64,000 nt of DNA from contig NC_045696.1 of assembly GCF_009834535.1 (NCBI RefSeq), positions 80,292,001 through 80,356,000 on the forward strand. The letters run 5' to 3'. This stretch comes from Camelus ferus (taxonomy: Eukaryota). The notes under the pieces were generated by a model. The model ran no database searches and had not been told where the DNA came from. It saw only the letters and a list, made by a program, of their open reading frames with translations. Every line of letters starts with the position of its first letter. The stretch's first letter is position 1. Shown piece by piece: positions 34,540-47,579 of this stretch. A program made the translations under genes and the position numbers.

Positions 34540-37474
34540 CTGTATGTCTTCTTTAGAAAAATGTTGAATTAGGTCTTCTGCTCATTTTTTGATTTATTTT
34601 TTTTTGCTATTGAGTTGTGTAAGCTGTTGATATATTTTAGATATTATCCCCTTGTTGATCACATCGTTTGCAAATATTTTCTCTTAATCCGTAAGTTTTC
34701 TCTTCATGGTTTCCTTTGCTGTGCAAAAGCTTAAACTTGATTTGGTTCCATTTGTTTTTATTTTTGCTTTTATTTCCTTTGCCTTAGGAGACTGACCTAA
34801 GAAAATACTGCTACAATTTATATCAGAATGTTTTTCCTATGTTCCTGTCTAGGAATTCTATGGTGCCATGTCTTATATTTAGGTCTTTAAACCATTTTGA
34901 ATTTATTTTTGTATAAGGTATGAAGGAGTATTCTAATTTCATTGATTTCCGTTTAGCTGTCCAGCTTTCCCAACACCGCTTGTTAGAGAAACTGTCTTTT
35001 CTCCATTGGATATGCTTAACTCCTTTGTCATAGACTGAGTATAGATGTGTGGGTTTATTTCTGGTCTCTATTTCTGTTCCATTGATCTATGTCTGTTTTT
35101 GTGTCAATTCCACATTGTCTTGATCACTGTAGCTTTGCAGTATAGTCCAAAGTCTACAGGGGTTACGCCTCCAGCTTTGTTTTTCCTTGGGATTGCTTTG
35201 GCAATTCTGGGTCTTCTGTGGTTCCATATAAATTTTAGAATTATTCTAGTTCTGTGAAAAATGTCATGGGTGTTTTGGTTAGGAATTACAGTATCTGTAG
35301 ATTGCTTTGGACAGTATTGTTAAAATGACCTTTGGATAGTATTAAATGTTAAATGTTAAAATGACCATGTTAAATTCTTCCAATCCAAGAGCATGGGTAG
35401 GCATCCGTTTCTTTGAATCATATTCGATTTCCTTTGTTGATGTTTTATACTTCTCAATGTGTATGTGTCTTTCATTTCCTTGGTTAAGTTTATTCCTAGG
35501 TTTTGTTTTGTTTTGTTTTAATGTGATTTTAAATGGACTCTTTTTATTTTTTTTTACTTTCTAATAGTTCATTGTTAGTGTTTAAAAAAAAGCAACAGAT
35601 TTCTATATACTAATCTTGTGTCCTGCTGCCTCACTGAATTCATCTATTCTAAAAGTTTTTTGTATGACTTTAGGGCTCTCTCTATAGAGAATCATGTCAT
35701 CAGCAAATGGTGAGTTTTAGCTCTTCCCTTCCAATTTGGTTACCTTTTATTATTGCAGTGGCTAGGATTTAGAATACCATGTTGAATAAAAGTCGTAAGA
35801 GTGGGCATCCTTGTCTTGTTCCTGAATTTAGTGGGAAGGCTTTCAGCTTTTCACCGTTGAGTATTAGTTTGTCTGTGGGTTTGTCTTATAATGGATTTTA
35901 TGTTGATGTTACCTCTTGACCCACTTTGTTTTTTAATTTTGTCAAATGCTTTTTCTGCATCTATTGAGATGATCATGTGGTTTTTGTTTTTACTTAATGT
36001 GGTGTATCATGTTGATTTTTTGCATATGTTGAACCATCCTTGCAACCCTGGAATGAATCCAACTTGATCATGGTATATGATTCTCTTCGTGTATTTTTAG
36101 ATTTGGTTTGCTAATATTTTGAGAATTTTTGCATCTATATTCATCGAAGATATTGGCTTGTGATCTTCTTTGTAGTACCTTTCTCTGGTTTTCATATCAG
36201 GGTGATGGTGGCATCATAGGATGAAATTTGGGAGTTTTTTTTTTTTTTTTTTTTTTTTTGGAATAGTTTGAGAAGGATAGATAGGATAGATACAAGCTCT
36301 TCTCTCTACATTTGATAGAATTCCCTAGTAAAGCCAATCTGGTCCGAGACTTTTATTTACAGGGAGTTGTTTTGTTTTTTAATTACAGATTCTATTTCAC
36401 TTCTAGTGATCAGTCTGTTCAAATTATCTGTTTCTTTTTTATTCAGTTTTGGCAGGCTGTATGTTTCTAGAAACTTGCCCATTTCTTCTAGGTTGTCCAA
36501 CTTGTTGGCATAAAACTGTTCATAGAATTCTTCTATGATTTTTGTATTTCTATGGTATTAGCTGTTGTTTCTCCTCTTTCATTTCTTACTTTATTTGGGT
36601 CCTCTTCTTGGTGAGCCTGGCTAGAGGTCTGTCAATCTTGTTTATCTTTAAAAAAAAAAAAAACTAGCTTGTGGTCTTGTTCTTGTCTATTTTTTATCTC
36701 TATTGTATTTCCTCCTCCCTCTTGACTTTGGATTTTGTTTGTTCTTATTCCTCTGTGTGGTAGGTTAGGTTGTTTCATATTTTTCTTCTTGGGGAAAGCC
36801 CATATATCTCTGTGAACTTCCCTCTTAAAACTGCTTATATTGCATCCCATAGATTTCATAAGCTTGTGTTTTCATTGTCATTTATCTCGAGGTATTTCCT
36901 GATTTCTTTGAGTTCATCGTTGACCCATTGTTTTTGTTTTTTGGGTTTTAGGAGGGAATTTTTGTTTTTGTTTTTGTAGCATGTTGTCAGTCTCCATGTG
37001 GTGGTTTTCCCATTTTTCTTTGTGGTTGATTTCTAGTTTTATACTATGTGGTCAGAAAAGATGCTTGAAATAATATCCTCATATTTATTGAGGCTTGTTT
37101 TCTGACATAGTATGTGATCTATCCTAGAGAATGTTCTATGTGTTCTCAAAAAGAATGTATACTCTGAGTTTTTTGGATGTAGTGTCCTGTAGATACCGAT
37201 TTAGTCCAACTGGTCTGCTGTGTCATTTAGGATTGCTTCCTTACTGTTTTTCTGATTGGATGATCTGTCTATTGATGTCAGTGGGATGCTGAAGTATCCT
37301 ACTACTGTATTCCTGTCAATTTATCCCTTTGTCAGTATTTTATAGTTAGGTGCCCCTAAATTGGGTGTATATGTTAATGAGTATGGTATCCTCTTCTTGT
37401 ACTGATCCCTTTATCATCATATAGTGTCCTTCTTTGTCTTTCTTTATGGTCTTTGTTCTGAATATCTATTTTGT

Positions 37475-40272
37475 CTGAAGACCATGTTCTTTATTTTTTG
37501 GTGGAGCTTCTGTTTTCTAAAGTCTCTACATGACTAGATAAGATAGAAATAAGGAGGACCTGACCACTGGCTCCCAACTACATGTCTTTGCTCCTTGCCT
37601 CATTTTCAGTTTAGTTTGTTTGAAGTACATTCTATGTTTGAAATAGAATGTTAAGAAAAGACGTCTTAGTAGAGATCCACCAAGGTGGCAGAGTAGAAAG
37701 ACACCGAGCTCACTTCCTCTCAATAGCACACCAGAATCACAAATATTTGCAGAACAACCATTGACGCAAAAGGCCAGAACCTACCAGAAAAGATCTTGTA
37801 CAACTAAAGATGTAAAGAAGCAGCCACAATGAGATGAATAGGAGGGATGAATTTGTGATACAGTCAAGTTGTCTACCCCTGGAGTGGGCGACCCATAAAC
37901 TGGAAATAATTACATTGCAGAGGTTCTCTCACAGAAGTGAGAGGTCTGAGCCCCTACTCTGGGTTCCAGCACTAGAAAGATGAGTGCCTAGAGCATTTGG
38001 CTTCGAAGGCCAGTGAAGCTTAATTTTGGGAGTCCCAGAGAGCTGAAGGAAATAGAGATTTCGCTCATAAAGGGTGCACACAAAATCTTACACACTCTAA
38101 AATACACAGCAGAAGAGGCAAATGGATAGGAGCCTGGGTTAGACCTTCCTGCTGGTCTTAAAGAGTCTCCCAGAGAGGCAGCAGGAAATGACAGCTCACC
38201 CTGGGACATGGGTACTAGTGAGAGCTATTCTTGGGAACTCATTATACCACATGGATATGGGTGATGGTGGGTGCCATTGTAGAATCTTCCCTCTAGCTTA
38301 TTAGCCTGAATTCAGTAAAGTTGTAGGATACAAAATTAACATACCAAAATCGGTTGCATTTCTATACAGTAACGACAAACTATGAGAAAGAGAAATTAAC
38401 AATCCTATTTACCATCACATCAAAAAGAATAAAATACCTAGGAATAAATCTACCTAAAGAGGTAAAAGATCTTACTCGGAAAATGAAGACACTGATGAAA
38501 CTGAAGATGACCCAAAAAGATGGAAGGATATGCCATATTTTTGTATTGGAAGAATTAATATTAAAATGACCATACTACCCAAGGGAATCTACAGAGTCAA
38601 TGCAGTCCCTATCAAAGTACCAAGGGCATTTTTTTCACAGAGCTAGAACAAGTAATTAAATTTGTATGGAAACTCCAATAGCCAAAACCACCTTGTGAAA
38701 AAGCAGAGCTGGAGAAATCACGCTCCTTGAGTTCAGCCTATATTAAGTTACAGTAATCTAAACAGTATAGTACTAGCACAAAAACAGACACATAGATCAA
38801 TGGAAAGAATAGAGAACCCAGAAATTAACTGACCATAAGTTCATGGGTTTATCTATGACAGAGGTGCAAAAACATACAATGGGGAAAGGACAACCCTTCA
38901 ACAGTGGTATTGGGAAAGCTGGACAGCTACATGTAAAAGAATGAAATTAGAACATTCTGTAACATCATATACAAAAATAAAATCAAAATGGAGTAAAGAC
39001 CTAAATATAAGATCTGAAATCATAAAACTCTTAGTGAAAAACATAGGTAGAACATTCTGACATAAATCATAGCAATATTTTTTATCTGTCTCCTGAAACA
39101 AAGGAAAGAAAAGCAAAAATATACAAATGGGACCTAATTAAACTTAAAAGCTTTTGTACAACAAAAGAAACCATTGACAAAAAGAAAAGACAACATACTG
39201 AATGGGAGAAAATAATTGCAAAATCTATATCAGTAAGGGGTTAATATCCAAAATATATAAACAGCTTATACAACTCAACATCAAAAAAACACTCCAATTA
39301 AAAAATGAAAAGACTTGAATAGACATTTTCCCAAAGAGGACATGCAGATGGCCAACAGGCACATGAAGAGATACTCAACATCATTGTCCATCAAGGAAAT
39401 GCAAATCAAAACCACAATGAAGTATCACCTCATAACTATCAGAATGGCTATTATAAAAGACACAAATAACAAATGTTGGCGTGGATGTGGAGAAAAGTGA
39501 ACTTTTCTACATTGTTGGTGGGAGTGTAAATTGGTCTAGCCACTGGGAAACAGTATGGAGGTGTCTCAAACTAAAAATAGAACTATCATATGACCCAGTA
39601 ATTTCACTCCTGTGTATATATCCCCCCAACCCCACCAATAAAAAATACACTAATTTGAAAAGACACATGCACCCCAGTGTTCATAGTAGCATTATTTACA
39701 ATTGCCAAGACATGGAAACAACCTAAGCGTGTATTAACAGGTGAATGGATAAAGATGTGGTGTAGATATATACAATGGTATACTACTCAGCCATGAAAAA
39801 GAATGAAATTTTGCTATTTGCAACAACATGGATGGACTTGGAGGGTATTTATGCTAAGCTAAATGAGTTAGACAGAAAGACAAATACTATATAATATCCC
39901 TTATGTGGAATCTAAGAAATAGAACAAGCTAGTGACTATAACAACAAAAGACTCAGATATAGAGAATAAATTAGTGGTTACCAGTGAAGAGAGGAGAGGG
40001 GGAGAGGCAATATAGGGGCAGGGGATTAAGGGGTACAAACTACTGGGTATAAAATAAGCTACAAGGATACATTGTACAACACATGGAATATAGCAAATAT
40101 TTTATAATAACTGTAAATGGAGTATAACCTTTAACAATTCTGAATCACTATATTGTACACTGTGACTTTTATGCTATACATCAACTATACTTAAGTAAAA
40201 ACATCTTTATACTCAAAAAATTAACACAACATTGTAAACTGACTATGCTTCAATTGAAAAAAATTTTAAATC
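37475..40272 (+). mobile_element. Composite insertion: ~190 nt unique sequence + internally deleted L1 (37668-40192) + second short L1 tail
   Basis: Outer TSD ATCTATTTTGT at 37464-37474 / 40273-40283. The L1 5'UTR (caaggtggcagagtag) joins ORF2 at EFSKVVGYKIN (~38307). Inner TSD-like pair at 37653-37667 / 40193-40207. Confidence 0.8.
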
Positions 40273-43200
40273 ATCTATTTTGTGCAATATAAGTTTTGCT
40301 ACCCCTGCCTCCTTGTCATTTCCATTTGCACAAGGTATCTTTTTCCATCCCCTCACTTTCAGTCTCTGTGTGTCTTTGCTCTGAAGTGACTTTCTTGCAG
40401 GCAGCATATTGTAGGTTCTTTTTTAAAAAATCCAAACTGTCACTGTCTTTTGATAAGAGCATTTAGTCCATTGACATTTAAATCAATTTTTGGTAGGTAT
40501 GTACTTATTGCCATTTTAAGCCTTGTTTTCAAGTTTTGTAGTCCTTTATTCATTTCTTCTTCTTCTTTTTTTTTTTTTTTTTCCCCTTTTGTGGTTTGAT
40601 GGTTTTCTTTTGTAGTATGCTTGAGTTCCTTTTGTTTTGGCTTTTGTGAATCTATTGTAAGTTTTTGATTTTTGGTTACTCTGAATTTCAAGTATGTTGG
40701 CCTGTAACTATCTACTTGCTTTAAACTGATGCTCATATGAGTTCAAACACATTCTAGAAGATCTACATTGTAACACTCCTCTCTCCCACATTTTGTGACT
40801 TTGATGTCCTATGATGTATCTTTATGCTTACCTCTTTGCTGTTAATTTTAGTTATAGTTTCTTTTACAAAATTTTTGGGTTGTTTTTAATCTATGTACTG
40901 GCTTAGTTAAGTCATCTTCAATCCTTTTATATATTTGCCTTTCCTATTATATTTTTTCCTTTCCTATAGATTCTTACTGCTTTCTATTTAGAGAAGACCT
41001 TTCAATATTTCTTTTAGAGTAGGTTTAGTATTGCTGAATTATTGTAGTTTTTGTTTGGGAATTTCTTTATCTCTCCTATTCTAAATAGTAACTTTACTGG
41101 GTAGAGTATCCTGGGCTGCAGATTTTTCCCTTTTAGGACTTTGAGTATATCATGCCACTCCCTTGTAGCCTGCAGAGTTTCTGCAGAGAAGTCAGCTGAC
41201 AGTCTTATGGGTGTTCCCTTGTAACTGACTCTTTGTTTTTCTCTTGCTGCCTTTAGTATCCTCTAACTTTTGCACTTTAATTATGGCATATTTTGGTGTG
41301 GCTTTATTTGGGTTCATTTTGTTTGGGACCCTCTGTGCTTCCCGTACCTGGATATCTGTTTCCTTCTTTGGAAAGTTTTCAGCCATAGTTTCTTTAAATA
41401 TATTTTCAACCCCCTTTTTGCTTCTCCTTCTGAAACACCTATTATGTGTAAGTTGGCACACTTTATATTATCCTATAGATCTCATATGTTGCTTCCATCT
41501 TTTTTCGTTTGTCTGCTGTTCTGATTGAGTAATCTCCATTATTCTATCTTCCAGATCACTTATTTGTTCTTCTGTGTCACTTAGGCTGCTATTCATTGCT
41601 TCTAGATTGGTTTTTATCTTGGCAATTGAATTGTCTAATTTTGATTGGTTTATATTTACAGTTTCTAGTTCCTTGTTACCATGATGTTACTATCAATAAT
41701 CGTAATTCCTTTAGCATTTTTATTAATTCCTTTTTGAACTTGAAGTCTAGTAGACTGGTGAGGTCTGTTTTGTTACTCTTTCAGGGGATTGCTCTTGTCC
41801 TTTCAATTGGTTTCTCTGCTTTTTGACTTTACTTTCTCTGCCTCTATGAATTTAGGAGAAATAATTGTTTACTGTGGTCTTGAAGAGGTGTTTTCATGTG
41901 AGAATGTCCCTGTAAAGACTGTGTGAGTCCAATATTTTTGGTATGAAGCCTGGTTTTGGTATAGATGCCAGCCACATCTCTCCTTCGAGTGTGCTGGGCA
42001 TTACCCCCTTGATAGGGGGTGTGATGTGTGCTGTGGTATCTAAAGCCTGTGCTGACTGTGGGACAGGGCCTCCTCTTTGCTTCGTGGCTGTCATTGCCCT
42101 TTTGAGGGTGGGGTCTTCTCCCCATTTGTTGTTGTAGAAGCCCTGAGGGTCAGGTTTCATCAGGCTCCATTGCCCCGAGTGCATGCTCTGCCCCAAAGGA
42201 GGTGACCGCTAAAGCCAGTGAGGCTCATGTGGTCGCAACAAACCTGTGTGCTGCCTGTGCCCACATCTGCACTTCTGCCCAGAAGCAGCCCAAGGTTGTG
42301 TCTCTTTCTATGTCTTGTTTGTCCCAGATCTAGGGCTAGGTTGTGGTGTGGAGTAGACTGGGGCTGGGGCCTGGGGTGTGGCTGCAGGAATTGCGGTGAT
42401 TGTGCTGCCTCTGTGGCAGACCTCTCCTAGGACCTGTCTGCCTCAGACCCAGCTCCAAGCTGTGGTGTAGAGTAGGCAGAGCCAGAGAACTCCCACACTG
42501 CTGCCCAGGACCTGTTGCCCCGAGATGCGGCACCCAGCTGTTGTGTGTTCCTGTGGCGCTGCCATTGCGGGAGCTGATGGTTGTCCCTTGGCTTCCCCCT
42601 AGACTACACCCCAGGCCCTCTGGGCTGTCTCTGCACAGCTAGATCAAGTCCTCTCCTGGGGCCTATCTGCCTGAGATTCAGCACTTAGCAGCTGTGTGTT
42701 CCAGTGGTGTCGATAATGCACACTGACAGTGCCTGGCTCACCCACAGCCCAGTGTGCGCGCCAACGGTCTCCTCAGTTCCATCCGCCACCCACACGCATG
42801 CACTGACAATAGTCTCTGAGGCTCAGCTTAGATCACAATCCAGGCACCGTGCTGTCTTTGGGCAGCTGGACGGAATCTCTGCCCTGATCTAGCACCAGGC
42901 TGCGGTATGGAGCAAGCAGGACAGGGCATTCACCCCTGTGGACTGGGAAGTGTGGTGAGGTGGCAGCTGCCAGTTCAAATGTCTCTCTACCCTGATGGCT
43001 AGCAAACCAGTTTGCGCACACTCCTTGTGACTAGAGTCTAGGCTGCTCCAGCCCCTCCAGCTGTCCCGGCAGATTTCCTAGCAGGCAAGGGGGCTCCCCA
43101 GGGTGAGGGTCTGCCTGTGTGGACCTTCTTTTCTTACAGATCCCTCCCAGGGGCACTGGTCCTATCTTAACATATTTTTATTTTTTTCTGTCCGACCCAG

Positions 43201-44853
43201 TTACATGGAGCTCTTTCCTGCCACTTTCGTGGTATAGATCATCTCTGCCAGTTTCCAGCTGGCTTTCGGTGAGAATTGTTCCACGTGTGGATGTATTTTT
43301 GATGTGTTTGTTGGGAGAGGTGAGCTTCAAGGCCTCTTACTCTGCCATCTCGATCCTCCTCCCTGTACCATTTTACATTTCCTAACCCCTCTGTGGTGGC
43401 ATCTGAAATGTGCTTTGTAGAAATGTGATGTGCTCTCTGAGCAGTATGAATACTGTGGTTGGCTGGGCAACCTTCTTGACTGGCAGTTTTGCAATCCAGA
43501 TTGCAGGTGTTTACGGATGGCTTGGTTCAATTTTCTCAGCCAAAGTTGAAGGTTGTGCATATGTGGAGGATCTTGCAAGGGCACTTTGTCCCCTGATCAT
43601 ATCAGTCAAGGAACTGAAGTTTGGACAGAAGCCCACCTACCTAAGAGGAGTCCAGTCTTCATAGAATCATAAAGCTAAGAACTTTAGATTATATAATTCA
43701 AATTGCCTTACATTGGAGGAAACGGCGGCTCAGAACCCAGTTTTCACTCCTTGTTTCAGAGGAGTTTCAGTCTGTTTATTAGAGACATGACCATCCCTTA
43801 GTCAAACATCGGACTCTTGGATGAGGACACCTGGTGCCTTTCCTTCATCAGGAGGGGTGAGGATGGCACTGAAGGCATGGCCTCAAGCCTGAGGGTCAAA
43901 GCTACGGCTGCTGGTCCTTTAATATTTGTTTAAACCGTATTTTAACAGCACAATATTTGAGATTAAGTCCAATGCTGGTATCACTTTTGTTCACCTCAGT
44001 TAGATACAACCACAATGGGAGAGGTCCTGAAGGGCTCGGGCAGGCAGCACAGCACAGCACAGGGTTAGAGTATACTGGCCTCAGAAATGCGTTAGAGCCA
44101 GGCTTGACTCCTCCATCAATACTCAGTCCTCCTTGCCCAAGTTACTTGAGTGCCCTGTGCTTCGAGGGGATGGCTGCGCTCCCCTCAGAGTGGTGTTAGG
44201 AGCCGTAAGTGAGGTGATGCATGCCAAGTGCTAATACGTGCTCCAGTTCAGCACCATTTTACTTTTTTAAAATAGAAGCTATAGCTCTAGGCTTCCAGTT
44301 CAGTGTATATTACTTGAAATGTAAAAGCAAAATACAAAGATAAAGGCCAGATCTGAATGAATTCCCAGCACAAAAATCTTTCAGGTTGTGCATTTTGTAC
44401 ACTGTACATCTTACTTGAAATAAGTCTCTTTTGCAACATGAAATAGGTCTTAAGTGCTTTCTTTCCTAATTCTTTCTGGTCTCTGGTGTCAGAGACCCAA
44501 GTTCAAGTAGCTTAAATACAAAGGGTCATAAAAAAGCTGGGGAAAGGGTCTCAACGAACCTAAGGACAGAATAAACGGGTGTGTAACTAGGGATCTCCTA
44601 TCACATCTTTGCCCCGCTTTTTGCCTTCTCTTTTCCTGCCAGCGTGTTCTCTGACCTCTCCTTACGTCCTCTACAATGAGAAAACCAGCTGCGCAAAACT
44701 TTCAAGGTTTTCATCTTGCAGTTTCAGGCATTAGAACAAGACTACCTTGAGTCTTAATCCCAAATGGCTAGGGACCCATCCCCAGAATAATGTACTTAAA
44801 TCTGGGCAAGGGATTTTGGAAAAACACAAGTGGATGGGAGAGAGGCTCATTAT

Positions 44854-44989
44854 GTTTTTATTTTTTTGATGGGGAGGTAATTTTTTAATTTATGTATTTA
44901 TGTATGTATTTGTGAAGTGCTGAGGACTGAACCCAGGGCCTTGTGCATGCTAAGCACGTGCTCTACCACTGAGCTATCCTCTCCCCTCA
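44854..44989 (-). mobile_element. Vic-1-type SINE
   Basis: tRNA-like head on -. TSD GCTCATTAT at 44845-44853 / 44990-44998. Confidence 0.88.
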
Positions 44990-45924
44990 GCTCATTATTT
45001 CCATTCTCTCCCACATGCCTACTGAGAAACCAAAATCTATTGTATCTTATCTCAGGCTCTGAAAAAATAACATTATTGAGCCTTCAGGGTTTGGGCAAAA
45101 TCACCTTAACTTTAGAAAAGCTAATTAGTTGTGTGAATATTCATCATTGGACAGAACTCTTTTCACCTGAAGAAAAAAATATATTTGCAGATGCTAACTT
45201 AAAATGTGTTATGTTGCATAGACGCATTCGTATTTTTAGGAGGCAGCATTCCACGGTGCATTGTTCTCAAATGTTAGTCATTTGCTTATCAGCCCTATGG
45301 TTTCTGTCATGTCTGTGTAGCACCTGCACTGTTTGCTTTTCTATTCTTGTTCTTTTGTAAACTTAAGTATCTACTTTAATCTTATCTATTTTTCTTTGAT
45401 ATGCTAGATACAATTTTCCCTACTACAGATAACAAAAACATAATTTAAAAGGTGTTGACAGTAACCGCTTAGTTATCTTGTATACCGCCTCACTTTGGGA
45501 AACAGTGCCATAATGGAAAATCATAAGCATTCTACGGTTCATGTCTGTAAGGAATTATGTTTATCTGAACTGGATACATTTCTCCTATAACTTGTTCAGA
45601 CAGAAAACAAAATCTGTACCTTTGGTCCTAGGGGAAAAAATTAAGAAAGATCCTTATTTGGCTCAGAAAAGGGGGAGGAATTTTACTTCTTCTATATGGT
45701 TTTGTTTACCATACACTAATTTTTAATTGCATAATACATAAATGCATTTTTTTCATCTAAAAGGTAAGCATATCACAGTTAAGACTAAGATCTTCTTTAT
45801 CATCTTGCCACTCCCACTAGGGTAAATCCAAGTTTTGAATTCAGATTGTATCCTTCCAGACTTCTTTCTTTGCATCTGGCCATTAGAGTATCTGTTCTGT
45901 TTAACAGTCTGTTAATGAATGGTC

Positions 45925-46640
45925 ACAGGTTTCCTTAAGTGCTTTGAGCTGTTAAGTCTTCCAGCCTTTGGCAAGGGACTCTACACTGGAGCACACCTTC
46001 AATGTACAGGGAATTTACAGTTCTGCTTTAGCCTTCACTCCCTGCTTGCACCAGGCCTGAAGATCAGTCAGAAGTGAGATCAGGGCCTTCGTAAGTCTTT
46101 GCTGAGTGTGCGCACAGCCCTGTACATGCACGTTGCCTACCAGACCCTGAGAACTATGTTACAAGCTTTTTAAAAGTAAAACCTCTTGTGGGCATGTTCT
46201 CCAGGTCTTGAAGTTTGGGGCCAGGCTCTTGTTTGCCCCTCAAGCTGCTGCAAGTTTAAACAATTCCACTAAGTATCTTTCAACAAATGCCCTGGCTATA
46301 AGGCTTTCCCACAGAGCGAGCTCTGAGGCAGGTTAAGTAACACGATTCTGCAAGTGGGCTTTTCCAGAGAGCTGTGAGCCGGTTAAATAGTGACAGTGCG
46401 CTGGGGATGAGTTATATTGAGGTGCCCCAGACCCAATATGCTCCCTCTGGTGGTTACAGGGCTGCTGGTTTTCCAGGCTCCTCTGGAGCTGGGGGGAGAG
46501 GGAGTGTACTGAGGTAAAATACCACGAAACTGGCTGTTCTTACCAAGGTTCAGATTGTTACAAGTCTTTGGTTAATTTCCAAAGCTCTGAAAAAGGGGTA
46601 ATTTTCCTGTGTTTTTTTTTGGAAAAGCAGATTTATAGAC
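45925..46640 (-). mobile_element. Old L1 5'-region fragment (L1MC/MD-like)
   Basis: Resembles recalled L1MD/MC 5' text (gccttagccttcacttcctgcttg...aaggtcagccagaggtgaga). Family uncertain. Confidence 0.5.
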
Positions 46641-47579
46641 ATTCTTCCTCATTCACGAAGGCCTTCCCCCACCATTTTCTCCCTGTTGATGGAGATGAGC
46701 CCAGGGAGATTTCTTCTAGAAGAGCCATTACCATCCACATCCATGTCAGGGACTTGGTGGGAAGTGGAGCCAGGTGCAGAGCGAATGCCAGCCAACAAGG
46801 ACAGCTACTGTCCACCCCTGGTGATAGCTGCCTTTCCAGCACCAGGCCTAGAGCTGCCGGGTCGCTCAGACTTCAGTGGAATCTGGAATCCCAGTATTTT
46901 GTGGGAGATTTCCACTTTTTAATTTACTGACCGTAATTTTAAAAAATCAAAATATTGCACCAGAAATAACACACCCATGGCAAACAACTAGGGTTTGGAG
47001 CAGAGAGTCTTAAGGATCTCATCACTGCTATGTGAACTTTTCCTATCAAATTAGTCAACTGAGTGCAAAAACCCCTGTTTTCCCCCCAAGCTTCAATTAT
47101 ATGCCAGACACTGTGACATGCTGCAGAGCTGAATGAGACTTGCTGCCCTGGGTATACCTTCTGTTCCCTCCCCTCAGCTTTTGAGGCACTTAAGAGTCTA
47201 GCAGTGGGGGTGGGAACTTTCTTTAGTTACCACCTTGAACAAAGGGTATGGGTACCTGCACACAGATCTGTTAGTTTTAATTAGTTTAAGGCAAATATCC
47301 TGAGAAGTGTTCAAAAGTTTCATTTTATACTCTCTGTTCACGGAAGCATGTGTGTATGTGTTTACGTGCACACCAGGACTGGGGGTAGGGAAGGGCTAAA
47401 ATCAAAGTTGTATAAATCCTTCTGAGGCAAAGGGCCAGAGAGCCAACACCTGACCCGCACAAACAGCGCCAGAGGTGGAATCCCACGGATGCTGCTTTCC
47501 TGGTTTATTCACTCATACGGGAGAGCATTATCTCGGGCAGCTCCCTGAGAAGGGGTGCATGGGAGGCAAGTATGTGAGC

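Larger units (their letters stand above)
30895..43363 (-). mobile_element. Full-length degenerate LINE-1 (~6.9 kb) split into three blocks (30895-31746, 34555-37474, 40284-43363) by two later insertions
   Basis: 5' start gggaggaggatcgagatggcagagtaag on -. ORF1 remnants (MAENFPK...VREAQRVPNKMNP). ORF2 start MAISTYLPKIDLNVNGLNALIKR. ORF2 text is collinear across both interruptions. Confidence 0.85.

Noticed and set aside
30895..43363. Active LINE-1
   Set aside because: ORF1 and ORF2 are broken by many stops, frameshifts and two large insertions.
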